Made by a program: the position numbers and the translations under genes. A stretch of DNA of 61,669 bases, filler included, from Choristocarpus tenellus KU-1152 (Eukaryota; Protista; Phaeophyceae), in assembly GCA_964200185.2 (NCBI GenBank). It is 10 parts of 10 records of this genome, joined end to end, with 100 filler letters (N's around TTAATTAATTAA, not from the genome) between each part and the next. Parts side by side here need not be neighbours in the genome. Positions count along the whole stretch, not along the records: positions 12,908 to 17,802 come from CAXNAD020012630.1; positions 17,903 to 20,838 come from CAXNAD020023528.1; positions 20,939 to 34,011 come from CAXNAD020001596.1; 7 more parts are not named here. One strand, given 5' to 3'. This document shows, piece after piece, positions 13,268 to 23,886 of this stretch. The notes under the pieces were generated by a model. It was not told where the DNA came from. It saw only the letters and a program-made list of their open reading frames with translations, and did not search any database. Each line of letters opens with the position of its first letter. Within the stretch, counting starts at the first letter, position 1.

Positions 13268-14311
13268 CGCATTAGCAGTTCGCCAGGACCTAGGGAGTTA
13301 GGAACCATGACACTGACGGCCGCGCTACCACTAGCGCAGCTGATTTTCTGCACCACCTGCGAGTGCCCATGGGCACTGAAGCCAAGACCCCCTGCCATGT
13401 TATTCACACAAAGTTCACGTTACAATGTGCACAGCGAATGCGAGGAAGGATCGTCATTTTCAAAAAATTATAGTTAACGTGTTAGCGCTTGAAAGAAGTG
13501 TTTTCTATCTCATCCTTCCCAGCATCTGCTTCTCAGTATCACTTTATTGTATGGAGGGAAAGCCTCAGTTTCTTGCTCTCTCACCATATTCTTCCGGGAT
13601 GACCATACCCAGAAAGCCTTTTTCTCGTATGTAGTCCCACACCGGCTTGGGGAGGTCGCGGTCCTTGGCGATCTGGTAGTCATCGAGCATTTCGCAGAGC
13701 TCTTCTACCTACAGGTCGGACAATCAAAGTAATGACAAGCCGAAACAGGTTAGTTCTTGTGGCAACAATGAAGGAGACAGGAAAAGAAAGGCAATGTTTG
13801 TCATCACACAGGTGGTAACTTGAGCAAATAGATAGCAAGGCATTGGAGGGTATAGAGGGGGTGATAACGGGAGCTTTCGCGTACCTCATTGTCGATGAAC
13901 GCCTTCTCTTTGGAACTAAGTGTCACCACTTGGTAGTTTTTCTTCAGAGATTTCAAGGTAGCTGTTCCAACAAAAACGTCCCTGTCGAACCCGATAGTGC
14001 CTGCCTCGAGAGCGGCAGCCTCCGTGGAAGAAATCTTCGGAGTAACCTGCAATGCACAATAACATAGGTGTACATCAACGAATACGTTAAGAACCCGCTT
14101 GAAGGAAAGTTTCGTGGTGATAGACTCAGATCTGATAGACGCTACCTTGTGTACTTTGAATGAGAATAATCTATGATAGCACTGCTCACACCTTCTTGGC
14201 AAGGTTGTAAGCTGGACGGATGAAGCCCCTTTGCTGAAGCGTTGGCTTGCTGTGACTTCGTGCTAGAGCACGGCCAGTATTCTTGACCAAAGCGGCACTC
14301 CCACGGTTCAT
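13268..14311 (-). CDS. Acyl-CoA dehydrogenase, FadE-type, with mitochondrial-like presequence, 3'-partial; exons 14192-14311, 13885-14046, 13585-13708, 13268-13391
   Basis: MNRGSAALVKNTGRALARSHSKPTLQQRGF...|VTPKISSTEAAALEAGTIGFDRDVF...EKAFIDNE|VEELCEMLDDYQI..DRDLPKPVWDYIREKGFLGMVIPEEYG|GLGFSAHGHSQVVQKI...AVSVMVPNSLGPGELLMR. The PxISxTE..ALEAG and VMVPNSLGPGELL motifs are characteristic of FadE. Confidence 0.92.
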
Positions 14312-14698
14312 GGTTGTCGACGGGTTGTTGAGCACTTCAATAGGGGACGGTCTTGACGCTCCTATAATCTCGAAACACACACTAACTAGGGTAAGAATAT
14401 TTGAAGGTGCCGAATGGGGTGGAAGCAGAATAGGTGGTGCGGTGTGTCGTTGTTATGGGCAATGGGTTTGACAAGATGTTGTACCTTCAACTGCCAAGAC
14501 AGAATTCAAGTTGCTGTCTGAAGTCTGAAGTTGAAGTCACAGCCGAAAAGGAACAAGCAACTTAGGGTATACCATATATAGTCGGGTAATAGGGTTTTTG
14601 TGTTTTTTTGTACTCATTTTTGTTATACCATATTATTACAAATAATGTATGTCAGAGGGCATAATAGTACAAATAATGTATTGGTGATATTCCCAATA

Positions 14699-14752
14699 TT
14701 GGAAATCAATTGCGGTTGCCGCTCGCAGGTTCGAGTCCTGCCATCGTCGCCA
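14699..14752 (+). pseudogene. 3' half of a tRNA-Ser-like sequence ending in CCA
   Basis: ttggaaatcaat (anticodon loop and 3' stem), long variable arm gcgg-ttg-ccgc, T-arm gcagg-ttcgagt-cctgc, acceptor strand catcgtc, discriminator G, then CCA. No 5' half upstream. Confidence 0.65.
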
Positions 14753-15099
14753 CAGTGAAACAGATGGAACCAAGAGTAAAGGGGAACAGGAAGACCCAGA
14801 GGAGGCAAGGAAATGGAGAGACAAGGCAAGAGGGAGAGTAATCCCTCAGAAGATTACTCAGGAACGAGTGAATAAGTGGAAAGTGAAAGAGGGGGGTTTG
14901 CAAGGTCCCCTCAAACCACCCCTATTTTCTTCAGGAAGATGTTGTCTTCAACATGCAAAAACAAATATCATATGAATAACAGATTCTTCATTCTAGGTTA
15001 CCTTAGAGGTATACCTTATTTGGAAGATGACTTTCACATAACCCCTGAAAAAGTAAGACACTTTCTATTTTACATACTATTATTATTATGATTTATTGT

Positions 15100-15400
15100 G
15101 ATTTTTATTATCATTATGCCCTGTGACATGGGTCAGCATTTTCTATCACCTATATGTTCTTATTATGACGTTTGGTATTTTACAGATTTGTCAGCGAAAA
15201 ACCAATGAAAAGTCAGCTATTTTTATTATTATAAAAAGGTAGGTATTTTTATTATTATTATGTCCTCTGTCATCTTACAGATGTTCGGAGTGGAAACCAT
15301 GAGAATTATTCACGTGTCAGTATCAGCCCTAAAGAAATAAAATATTTCATAAATGCGAAAAACATTACATTTAGATATTTGCTATTTTACTATAGCTATA
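15100..15400 (-). repeat. Degenerate copies of the non-LTR element 3' UTR/stem-loop; another end at about 14645-14670 on +
   Basis: attatgccctgtgaca, cagatttgtcagcgaaaaaccaatgaaaa and attcacgtgtcagtatcagccctaaagaa match the reverse complement of the 3' tail seen at 39800-39880 and 41065-41170. Confidence 0.65.
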
Positions 15401-15570
15401 GTGAGTGGTATCAGTACCTTAGCCCTCTGGGGTTGTCCCGTCATAACTTTTGATATACACATCGGATTAAAAAATAAAAGCATGTTCGTGATGCCCGTCA
15501 CAAGGCCCTCTCATGAGACGGGCTTAGTGTTTTTTTCACCATTTTTTTCTTTTTTTGAAGAAAGAAAGCT

Positions 15571-17305
15571 CATATTGGGGGTTCGAACCCTGGACTGTAG
15601 GTCACGAAGAGTGGCAACAGATGCACTATTACTTGATTGAAGTGAAGTATAGGGTTTAGACCCAACGTATCTGGGGGGGTGGTGTGGGTCTACACCAGGG
15701 TGTCCATTTGGACCATAACCAGGAAAAGTGCACTTACATTATCTGTCCGAAGTATGCACCCAAATCACCCACAATTCGCGACATGAAAAATTGCCCCCAA
15801 ATGGACAGCCGCCACCTCCCCCAGATACATTGAGCCTTTAGACAAAAAGCCTCCCCACACTTTCTTTCTGTGTGTTCGTGCACCCACTCTTTGACCTCGG
15901 CAAGGATGTCCTCGTAGAGGTCCATGACAAAATGCCTCTCACAGCGCCCTTGCTCCGACACCTTGATTTGGCCCTTAATTAGGAAGTCTCTCTCCCATTT
16001 ACTCACAGTTTCCGGCCTGACCATCGCCTATCCTGCTGCAATCTCGAGCACCGTTTGACGGTCTTTCCCGTCGTTCATACACATGTAGAGGATTCGCAAT
16101 GTTGAGCCTTAACTATCACATTTCCTTGTTGAGCGCCGGAAATGGGCGTTGTCCGTGTTTCCTGGGCGGGTGATATTTTATCATCGAGGTGCAAGAGCGA
16201 GGGGCGACAGGCTTGAGTTGATCGAAAATTGTGTTGATTTCTCGAATGAATGCAGGCTGGGAGAAAGTCTTAATCAACTTTATACGTCCAACCCCAAGTC
16301 CAGGAACAAAAAAGAATGTACGGCATCTTGCAAGAAGTGGGAGACACCAAACCATTGGTGTGAAAATTGTCTCAATCTCACCTCCTCTTCTTCCCTGGCA
16401 TCCTTGTCGATGGCTACCTCTACCTGCTTCCCGACCTCTTTGAAGTAAAGGATTTGGTGGTATCGAAAAGTCTCCACAGCTGCCTTTGTTACGATCGCTT
16501 TCTAGCCCGCCTTGTGAGCCCTTTCGACCTTCTTTCGGGCTTCAGAGCCCTTGTACCCCAACCCTAACACCTTCCTTCTCGTTTCCTTAAGCCACTCTGG
16601 CTCGCACAGCTTTCAAACAGCCAGGGCCTGCTGCAACTGTCGGCTAGTAAGATATTCTACAACCAGGTTCTTACTTAGGCATTTCCTGAGCGCAATGGCA
16701 CGCAGTTGCACTGCTCCCTTCCTCAATCTTCCCTTCGGGCGGCCACCCCGGTTCTCTCTTTGCCTGCCGTGACCAGGCTTCCCCACAGACTTCGTCACTG
16801 TAACATCTTGTGATGGACTCACCGCTCTCTTCCTGCTTTGCCGATTTGGCAGAGACTGCAGAGCAGTGCTCCAATGCGGTTGAAGATCCAAACACGTTTG
16901 TGTGGTAATGCTTTCAATGCATCTTCTCTCAGCGTCAGTGTCGCGGCCCTGTGATCCATTTCGCGATTTGATCATGCTACTGCCCCACACTACTCACACT
17001 TTCTTGTCACCTAACATCGCACTGAGTGTCACACGGTGCTTGCTTTTCCATCGCCTCTCGACAGAGAAGGTGTCAAGGGTAGATCCAGGTGGCAGAGTGG
17101 CCTCAGCGGCTCTCCTTGTCTCACCGTTGTGGTTCATGTTGCTGTGTAAGTCACGCGCGTGTGTCCTCACAGAAAGCCTGCAAGGGTGTATAAATGATAT
17201 CTGGAAATCTTGAGGGGGTTTTTTCGGTATCGCCACACCAACCAAACTTAGACATTGACGTAGCCTGGACCAGTTTTTTGCAAGGAGTTCAGTGAACCAC
17301 TTCAT
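15571..17305 (-). pseudogene. Decayed long ORF, probable N-terminal part of an IS630/Tc1-like DNA transposase, interrupted by a MITE
   Basis: Collinear minus-strand ORF pieces separated by in-frame stops and frameshifts, with no introns. It contains an AT-hook-like GGRPKGR and an HTH-like VRPETVSKWERDFLIKGQIKVSEQGRCER..MDLYEDILAEVKEWV. The frame continues (FCLNPILHFNQVIVHLLP) after removing the MITE. No DDE core is visible. Confidence 0.5.
15659..15836. mobile_element. MITE subfamily A (about 178 bp) with 4-bp TSD TTTA
   Basis: ttta|GACCCAACGTATCTGGGGGG ... CCCCCAGATACATTGAGCC|ttta. Confidence 0.88.
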
Positions 17306-17901
17306 TTTTGTCCGTTTTAAAGTCGTGTCCTTCAAAATTGCGCTATTATCCAAAATTTGTATAACGGAAATAAGAAAATCCACTTCGAAAATCAGATTGC
17401 GCAAAATGAAATTCACTATCAAAAAGAAAAAATGTAAAAAACAAGAAACGCCATCCAAAGGTCATGGACACGTCAGGGACAGGTTCCTTTTTGGGGATCT
17501 CCGACACACACACTTGTGCATAAGACGCGCGGCCATATATAATTGCGCGCGCCAACCACATCATTTGAGCTCACCCATACCGACCAGTTCAATAAACCAA
17601 TCACACCCATAAGATCCGGATTTTACCAAACAGTCAAAATGGACTGTCAGAACGAAGAGACATTCCGATTCTGACCAATTCATTTCTTTGCTGTGACGTT
17701 GCTCAGTCATTCGGGAACATCTGTTGTGTTTTGAGGTTTTTGTTCTGTTCTGGATTTCCTCATCTGTTCTGAGATGTTGAGCCAAGACCTTTGAAACTCG
17801 GTNNNNNNNNNNNNNNNNNNNNNNNNNNNNNNNNNNNNNNNNNNNNTTAATTAATTAANNNNNNNNNNNNNNNNNNNNNNNNNNNNNNNNNNNNNNNNNN
17901 N

Positions 17902-17946
17902 NGGGAAAAACGGACGCCGACACCCCCCCCCAAGATACATTGACCC
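17902..17946. mobile_element. MITE A end at a contig edge
   Basis: cccccccccaagatacattgaccc matches the family TIR. Confidence 0.6.
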
Positions 17947-18129
17947 AGAATTAACACATAGTCGGGTCAATGGCCTGCAATCCAGATTATGGGCCAGTCT
18001 GTCTCTACGTTCTTGAGAATGAGTGCAGGCCACCTTACAGTGTGTGCCAGGTCATATCAATGGTCTGTGCTCTAGACTATGACAAGAAGGTGTGGCACAA
18101 GGAGAAAGGAGAAGAGACTGGATAGTCGG

Positions 18130-18420
18130 GTTGAGTGCTTCCATGTGGTAGTGAAAAATACTTTTTTGTGTCTGTATTTATTTGTATTCATAGTTCTGAA
18201 AGCTGGAGAGAGTATTTCTATGATGACAGTGCCCTACTTCTATGTGATTGTGATACATGCTATTTTTGTGTCTGCATTTCTTAAGGTCAATGGATCCGAA
18301 AGGGGGAGAGTCTTTCTACGACAACTGTACAGTACCCTATTTCTATGTTCATATGTTTGCGTGTCGGTATTTATTTGTCGTATTGGTTCTGAACGGGGGA
18401 GAGTCCTTCTATGACAGCAC
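18130..18420 (+). repeat. Degenerate tandem repeat, about 3 copies of a 90-100 bp unit
   Basis: Recurring tttttgtgtctg.attt ... tctgaa..ggggagagt..ttcta.gac.. cagt.ccta.ttctatgt. Confidence 0.55.
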
Positions 18421-20647
18421 CATATTTGACACCAGCGCGGTATTTTGGTGTAGGGGGTTTAGTGATGCAGCGTGAGTGCCATGAGATGAATGGCACACTA
18501 GCATATCTGTCATCAGGGCAAACGTTGGAAAGGGATTTTCCTTCAGATTTCCTCCTCCGCTGGATGCCCTACACTGCCTACTCTTACGTTTGGACCTGGA
18601 AATGATGACATTAATTTTAAAATGCTACGTTCATGATAGGATAATAAGGAGAAACATTATATTTTCCTTGTCCGATGACTTGTTCTTCCTATTGAACCAG
18701 TTATACTATATGCTGGGGGGTATGTCACAGGTGATGGGGTTCATAAAAGCACCATTGTCGTGAACTTGAATTCCTAGATTCAATATGTTGTGCTTGTTGG
18801 CTATGTTACTTAGTCATTGTGAAACCATTCTTTGCCCATGTCCCAGTCCTATTTATACCCCAACCAAATCATAAAGTGAATAATCAGAGTGAGAGATCAA
18901 GCATGTTTGGTTATACTTTCATTATGGCGCTGTCTGTGACTCTCATCAACATACAGCAGGCCTGTGGATTGAAGCTACATACCCCATCAAGGTGAGCTTC
19001 TGGGAGCGTTGGTAGTATATACACCAGATTTGAGCGAGCAGGCGAAGCGATGAGCAGTGGGACGGTTGAACCCAACACACGAGACAAAAAAAGGGCACAC
19101 ATGGGACAGTGCAACTAGTTCTAGTGCAGCACCAAATAGGTAGTTTGAATGATATAATAGATCCAAAGTATTTAAGAGGGTAAGAGTTTTCTCTGTTTGT
19201 CTGTTCGGGGTTTGGCTTCCCATTTTTTTTATGCCCTTTTCGGTTTTCTTTGTCTACACAGTTACGTAAAATATTATACGACTATGAAAGGTGTGTCTGG
19301 AGGAAGGATATTGACACTTGTTGACAAACGCAATACTCAAAATTCATCGAAATCGCAACAGTGGATTTTATTATCCCACACGGACGCGGCACTACCCTCT
19401 TGGATGCTTTGACTCAAAAATAGCGCAGTAACAAGGAGTAAAGCGTCTTTATGATACTACTGAGTACACTAATGTCTTGGGCCTCATCCTTTGCTTTTTC
19501 TCTTTTTAAACGTTTTATATGCTTAGATGTATGATGTATGGAAGGAGCTAGCAGGGGAGCAGGTTGGGCCAATCATAATGGTTGCCACCAATAGTGACCT
19601 GGAGGGATGAATCCTGTTTGCAAAAGAATTTCCACAACCAACTTGAGTGACCTAAAGTATGATTTAAAGTTCCCCCTCCCATCACTCCTCTCTTTGACTG
19701 TATGATGTGTGCAATTTATCTCGGAAGGTATTGCCATTTATCAGTAGAGAAGATAAGGAGCCTCACACGACCACCTTTGCTGAACGTGATAAGAATTAAA
19801 GGATGAAATTAGAAGAGTGACCTTTGTGGGGTGTCTTCTATTGCTTGTTTCTGTGTTATTTTTTTGTTAGAACAGTTTAGCTACAATACCGAACTCCATA
19901 GTTCAGATTACTATATCATTAGTGACATCATTTGGACTCAATTAAACGCAACAATCTCACATGCACAAAATATACACCATACTATTGTCCTATTTTGCAT
20001 ATGATGGGTTTTGAGGAAATGGGGACCTCTCTTGTCCTGAACATATTGTTCAGCGCTTGAGACAGTTTTGATAAGTGTTTGACTACAGGAGTGAGGATGT
20101 CAGAGAGAGGGTCACTTAATGAGGCTACCCTCCAAACCTCTCTTCGATTAGTATTACGACCCTGGTCGTGACTGGTCGACTCTCTCTTTGATCGTAGAGA
20201 CAAGCTTGTGCAAGGTTTGTGACTTCTGGGGGGATTTGCTTTCTCATTTCTTCTTTGCTGGTCAGGTAGATTAGAATAGTTCAAAATATACATACTCCAA
20301 GTATATTATATAATTCTGTGGTCATGCATTTCAATATTATACCTTGCACTTGTTACCACCCTGTCAACAAGAACGCGGGATCTTCAGTAAGCTCCAGCAC
20401 CACATTGTGAAGGTGGGAAAGTCAAAGGAAGCATCTATGCCAGGTCTGGCAGGTTACCCATTCCTGAAGAAGAGGTGCGCGAAGACGCAAATATGAGAAG
20501 GTAAAAATGAGGTTGTGGTGCTTCCACTTTGCTGCTGGGGTACATGTTTGTAGGTCAAATAATCTGCGGGAATGGCGTGGCTAACCTTCCTTATGCCTTC
20601 CCTGAGGTGACATTAGGTGTAATTCAAAGTATGTCAGGTCCTGAATT

Positions 20648-20808
20648 GACTCAAAGCATCTGGGGGGGTGGCGGCGGCTGTCCATTCGGGTGTCACGATT
20701 TTGGGGATTTAGTTGCATGCGTCGGATGGATAATATGTAAATCCACATTTCCTGGTCTGGGCGCGAATGGACACCCTGGTGTTGACCCCCCCCCAGATAC
20801 TTTGAGTC
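20648..20808. mobile_element. MITE subfamily A, reverse orientation
   Basis: GACTCAAAGCATCTGGGGGG ... CCCCCCAGATACTTTGAGTC; interior is the reverse complement of the 15659 and 41635 copies. Confidence 0.85.
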
Positions 20809-20987
20809 ATCTTGACTTGTAGTTCCAAGCGTGGAATCNNNNNNNNNNNNNNNNNNNNNNNNNNNNNNNNNNNNNNNNNNNNTTAATTAATTAANNNNNN
20901 NNNNNNNNNNNNNNNNNNNNNNNNNNNNNNNNNNNNNNCCCCTCCCACCCAACGAAATTCGTGACTTCAATTCCAATCCTGGTGTAC

Positions 20988-22779
20988 CTTGCTGCTGCCA
21001 CTGTCGGCAAGAAGATGATCCTTGCTAGTAGCAATGCTCCCACTGCCACCTCCTGTACTGGAGCTGGCGACCGTCACCTCCCCCTGTATAGTTGGGGAGG
21101 ACTTCTTTGTGCCCCCACTGGCCTTTGACTTTGTTTGGGAGGTATTTCGTTTCTTGCCAGAGGAAGAGGAGGAGCAAGGAGAGGAATGCACTGAAACCTG
21201 GGACAGTCTGTATTTGCTTCGTTTGGCAGGTGGCTTGGACTCAAGGTCTGAACTTTCGGAGGAGACACAGTCCTCTTCAGAGATGTCGATTTGAATTTCC
21301 TGGTATTGAGGGCAGGGCTAGTGGGGGGCAGGGGAGATAGTAAGGGTTAGGGTACTCCTGATTGCTGGCGAAATTTAAGGACATCCTTTCTTTGCCACTG
21401 TGGGTTAGGGTTAGGGTTGGGGTTGGGGTTGGGGTTGGGGTTATGGAAAGTTCTAGGATTAGGGTTATCTATGGAGCACTGAAGAGGTAGGGGTGCTTTC
21501 TGCATCACTCTGTGTGCTGACCAGAAATGACTGTGGTGTTATGATATTTTGCAAAAACGTTCCTCCATGATCAGATGCCTCACCAGATTCCACAACGAAG
21601 AATCGGTGAATTCGAGTGGTCTATCTCGTCTTCAATCGTAAACAGACATATGATGTCAAGAGCAAGTAGTCAAGGGAGTAACATGAATGTCCTCTACACC
21701 TTCGCTTGCCAACAGTTACAGCTTAGTAAGCAAATGCGCAGCAGGTGCAATTAACTTGTGCGGAATGAGCAACATCCACTGAGAAAGAAAACCATTTGTG
21801 ATTACCTTGCGATCTTTCTCAGAGTCGACGCTTGGCATTTTCACCCCGCACATTGCGCATTGTCCACCATAGATGTCGTTACGGAAAGTACACCTTGGGC
21901 AGTTCCAAGTCGAAGTTTTTCTATCTGAATTTTTTTTCCCTCGCACATCATTGCTGTTTTCTGAATAGATTTTACGTTTGCCTCCCACTGAGACATCTCT
22001 ACTGCAACTGGATTCCACGTCCGAGTTTGCCTGGGCGAGAGATTGTTGGGGAAGAGGGGAAGCCTAGGGGTGTTGAAACAGCAACCAAATGTATGTGAAA
22101 GCTGACGGGCTCATCCCTTAGAGCAGTTTCAAAGATTGGTCTGGAAAATACAATCGAATGATCTTCCCTAGGTTTTGATGTTGGTAGTCCTAGGCGGGGA
22201 TATCATAGCATTGTTGTACAGCAACTTACTTCGGTCTCATGAGATGTTTCTCCCTACATTATTTTGTAAAACAGTTGTAATCCGCGATAATATTGGTGGT
22301 CAAACATCGATATGTTCCTTCAGCCCACCACCAACCCCCAGAACAACCTCACGTTTTCACAACTGCCCACGATACTCACAGAACTGCTTGTGTCCTGAAT
22401 GGACATTAACTAACAAGTGCCTTTGCCATGCTCCCCAAGATCACTCGCGAAGATCTCACAATAGAGCGAAAAGGGATCAAACAAACTGAAAACTTGCCTG
22501 TGCCGTATCATAGTTGGGTTGTCTCACACCCTCTTCCATGCATGATTCCTCCCCTCCCTTCACTTCTTCCAGGTGCTGGCCTTTAGCCTTGCCTTTTGCT
22601 TTGCCCTTCTCCTTTCCTCCAGATTTACCATTGAGGCCCCTGGTAGATTTCCCCTTTCCCGCTTCCTCGTTATTTACATTGTCGGGGGAGGAGGAAGGAG
22701 GAGTAGCACCGGTCTTCCTTGATGTCTTGCCTGGTATCTCTGCAGGTCTGAAATACTTGCTCAAAAATTGCTGACTCAT
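20988..22779 (-). CDS. RanBP2/NZF-type zinc-finger protein, low-complexity N-terminal region, 3'-partial; exons 22498-22779 (GC donor), 21806-22063, 20988-21299
   Basis: TWNCPRCTFRNDIYGGQCAMCG fits W-x-C-x2-C-x3-N-x6-C-x2-C. There are three phase-0 exons. The N-terminus is MSQQFLSKYF. Confidence 0.75.
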
Positions 22780-23071
22780 TCTTCTGCCTCTTTTGCAAAC
22801 ACTGAACAGATTTCCTCACCGATTCATTACCACATTTACTGCTACAAGGCTATTTCCCCATTGTCCCACTATTTGGGCTAGCTCGGTTAAAACTTTTTGC
22901 CTACAACCTGTGCAAAATGGGGCGTGCTTCTTCCTTGCACAGTGGGCAGAAATTGAAATGCAAGAAGGAGATAGTGTCCAAAAAAGGTGTGACAAAATAA
23001 GGGTAACAAGTTTTTGAAAATGTTCACCAAATCAAAAAATTGACAGGGAATTTCAGATAAGGAGGAGAAAC
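22780..23071. promoter_or_regulatory. Probable compact bidirectional promoter (292 bp)
   Basis: Divergent ATGs at 22779 (-) and 23072 (+). Confidence 0.5.
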
Positions 23072-23886
23072 ATGCTTAACCTTCGTGTATGCATCAGTCG
23101 ACAAGCTTTCAAAGTCACACAGACTTTTGTTAGATCTCTATCGAACGGTCTTCCGCCAGACTGTATGTATATCCCAATGCCCAAGCTGTCACCCACCATG
23201 GTAAGGCTTTCTATATAGTTACATCCTTAAGAAATATGTTGTCATCGTCATCATGTATCTACTCTTGGGCATGGGTCCTCAAGCCTGGTTGAAAGAACAC
23301 ACCCATTGCAGCTCACACTTATATATTTCGAGCTTATGTCACCCTCAGTAAACTTCAAACCCCTGTGTTGGTTGAAGATGCCATCGAGTCTCGCTCAGCA
23401 TCTAAGTAGGTAGTCTTTAGATGTCACTATCTAGTGCTGATATGGTATTCGGTTCCCTTGCGCCAATCAATCAATTGCTTCAACCACTATTACCTCTTGC
23501 AGAAGTCAGGAACAGTCACCAAATGGCTCAAGAAAGAGGGCGTCGAGGTCAGCGGTTATGATCTAGTCTTCGAAATCAGCACTGATACACTCTATGCTCC
23601 AGGTGAAGGTCCTGAAGGAGGTGGTTCCACAGGTATGCTCATCGAGCTTGCAGAAGACGGTTTCATGGGGAAGATCTTTGTTGAGGAGGGGCAAACCGTC
23701 AAGGTGGGGGAAGCGCTGGCAATCCTGTGCGAGGAGAAATCAAGTTTGGATGCCACCAGTTCGGCGAATAGTCCTGATTTTAACCTTTATGGGAAGGATG
23801 GAAGCATGCTTAGGATGGCGATTTGGCAGGGCTACCTCAGCAAGGAAAAAGAAAAACAGGAGAAAGATGGACGCGATCGAGTATAG
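23072..23886 (+). CDS. Small single lipoyl/biotinyl-like (single hybrid motif) domain protein with mitochondrial-like presequence; exons 23072-23200, 23503-23886
   Basis: MLNLRVCISRQAFKVTQTFVRSLS...IPMPKLSPTM|KSGTVTKWLKKEGVEVSGYDLVFEISTDTL...MLIELAEDGFMGKIFVEEGQTVKVGEALAIL. This is the PDH-E2-like lipoyl pattern; stop at 170 aa. Confidence 0.85.

Noticed and set aside
18420-20480. Possible minus-strand exons (19982-20293 ORF, 18420-18595)
   Set aside because: No recognisable homology and no consistent splice chain.
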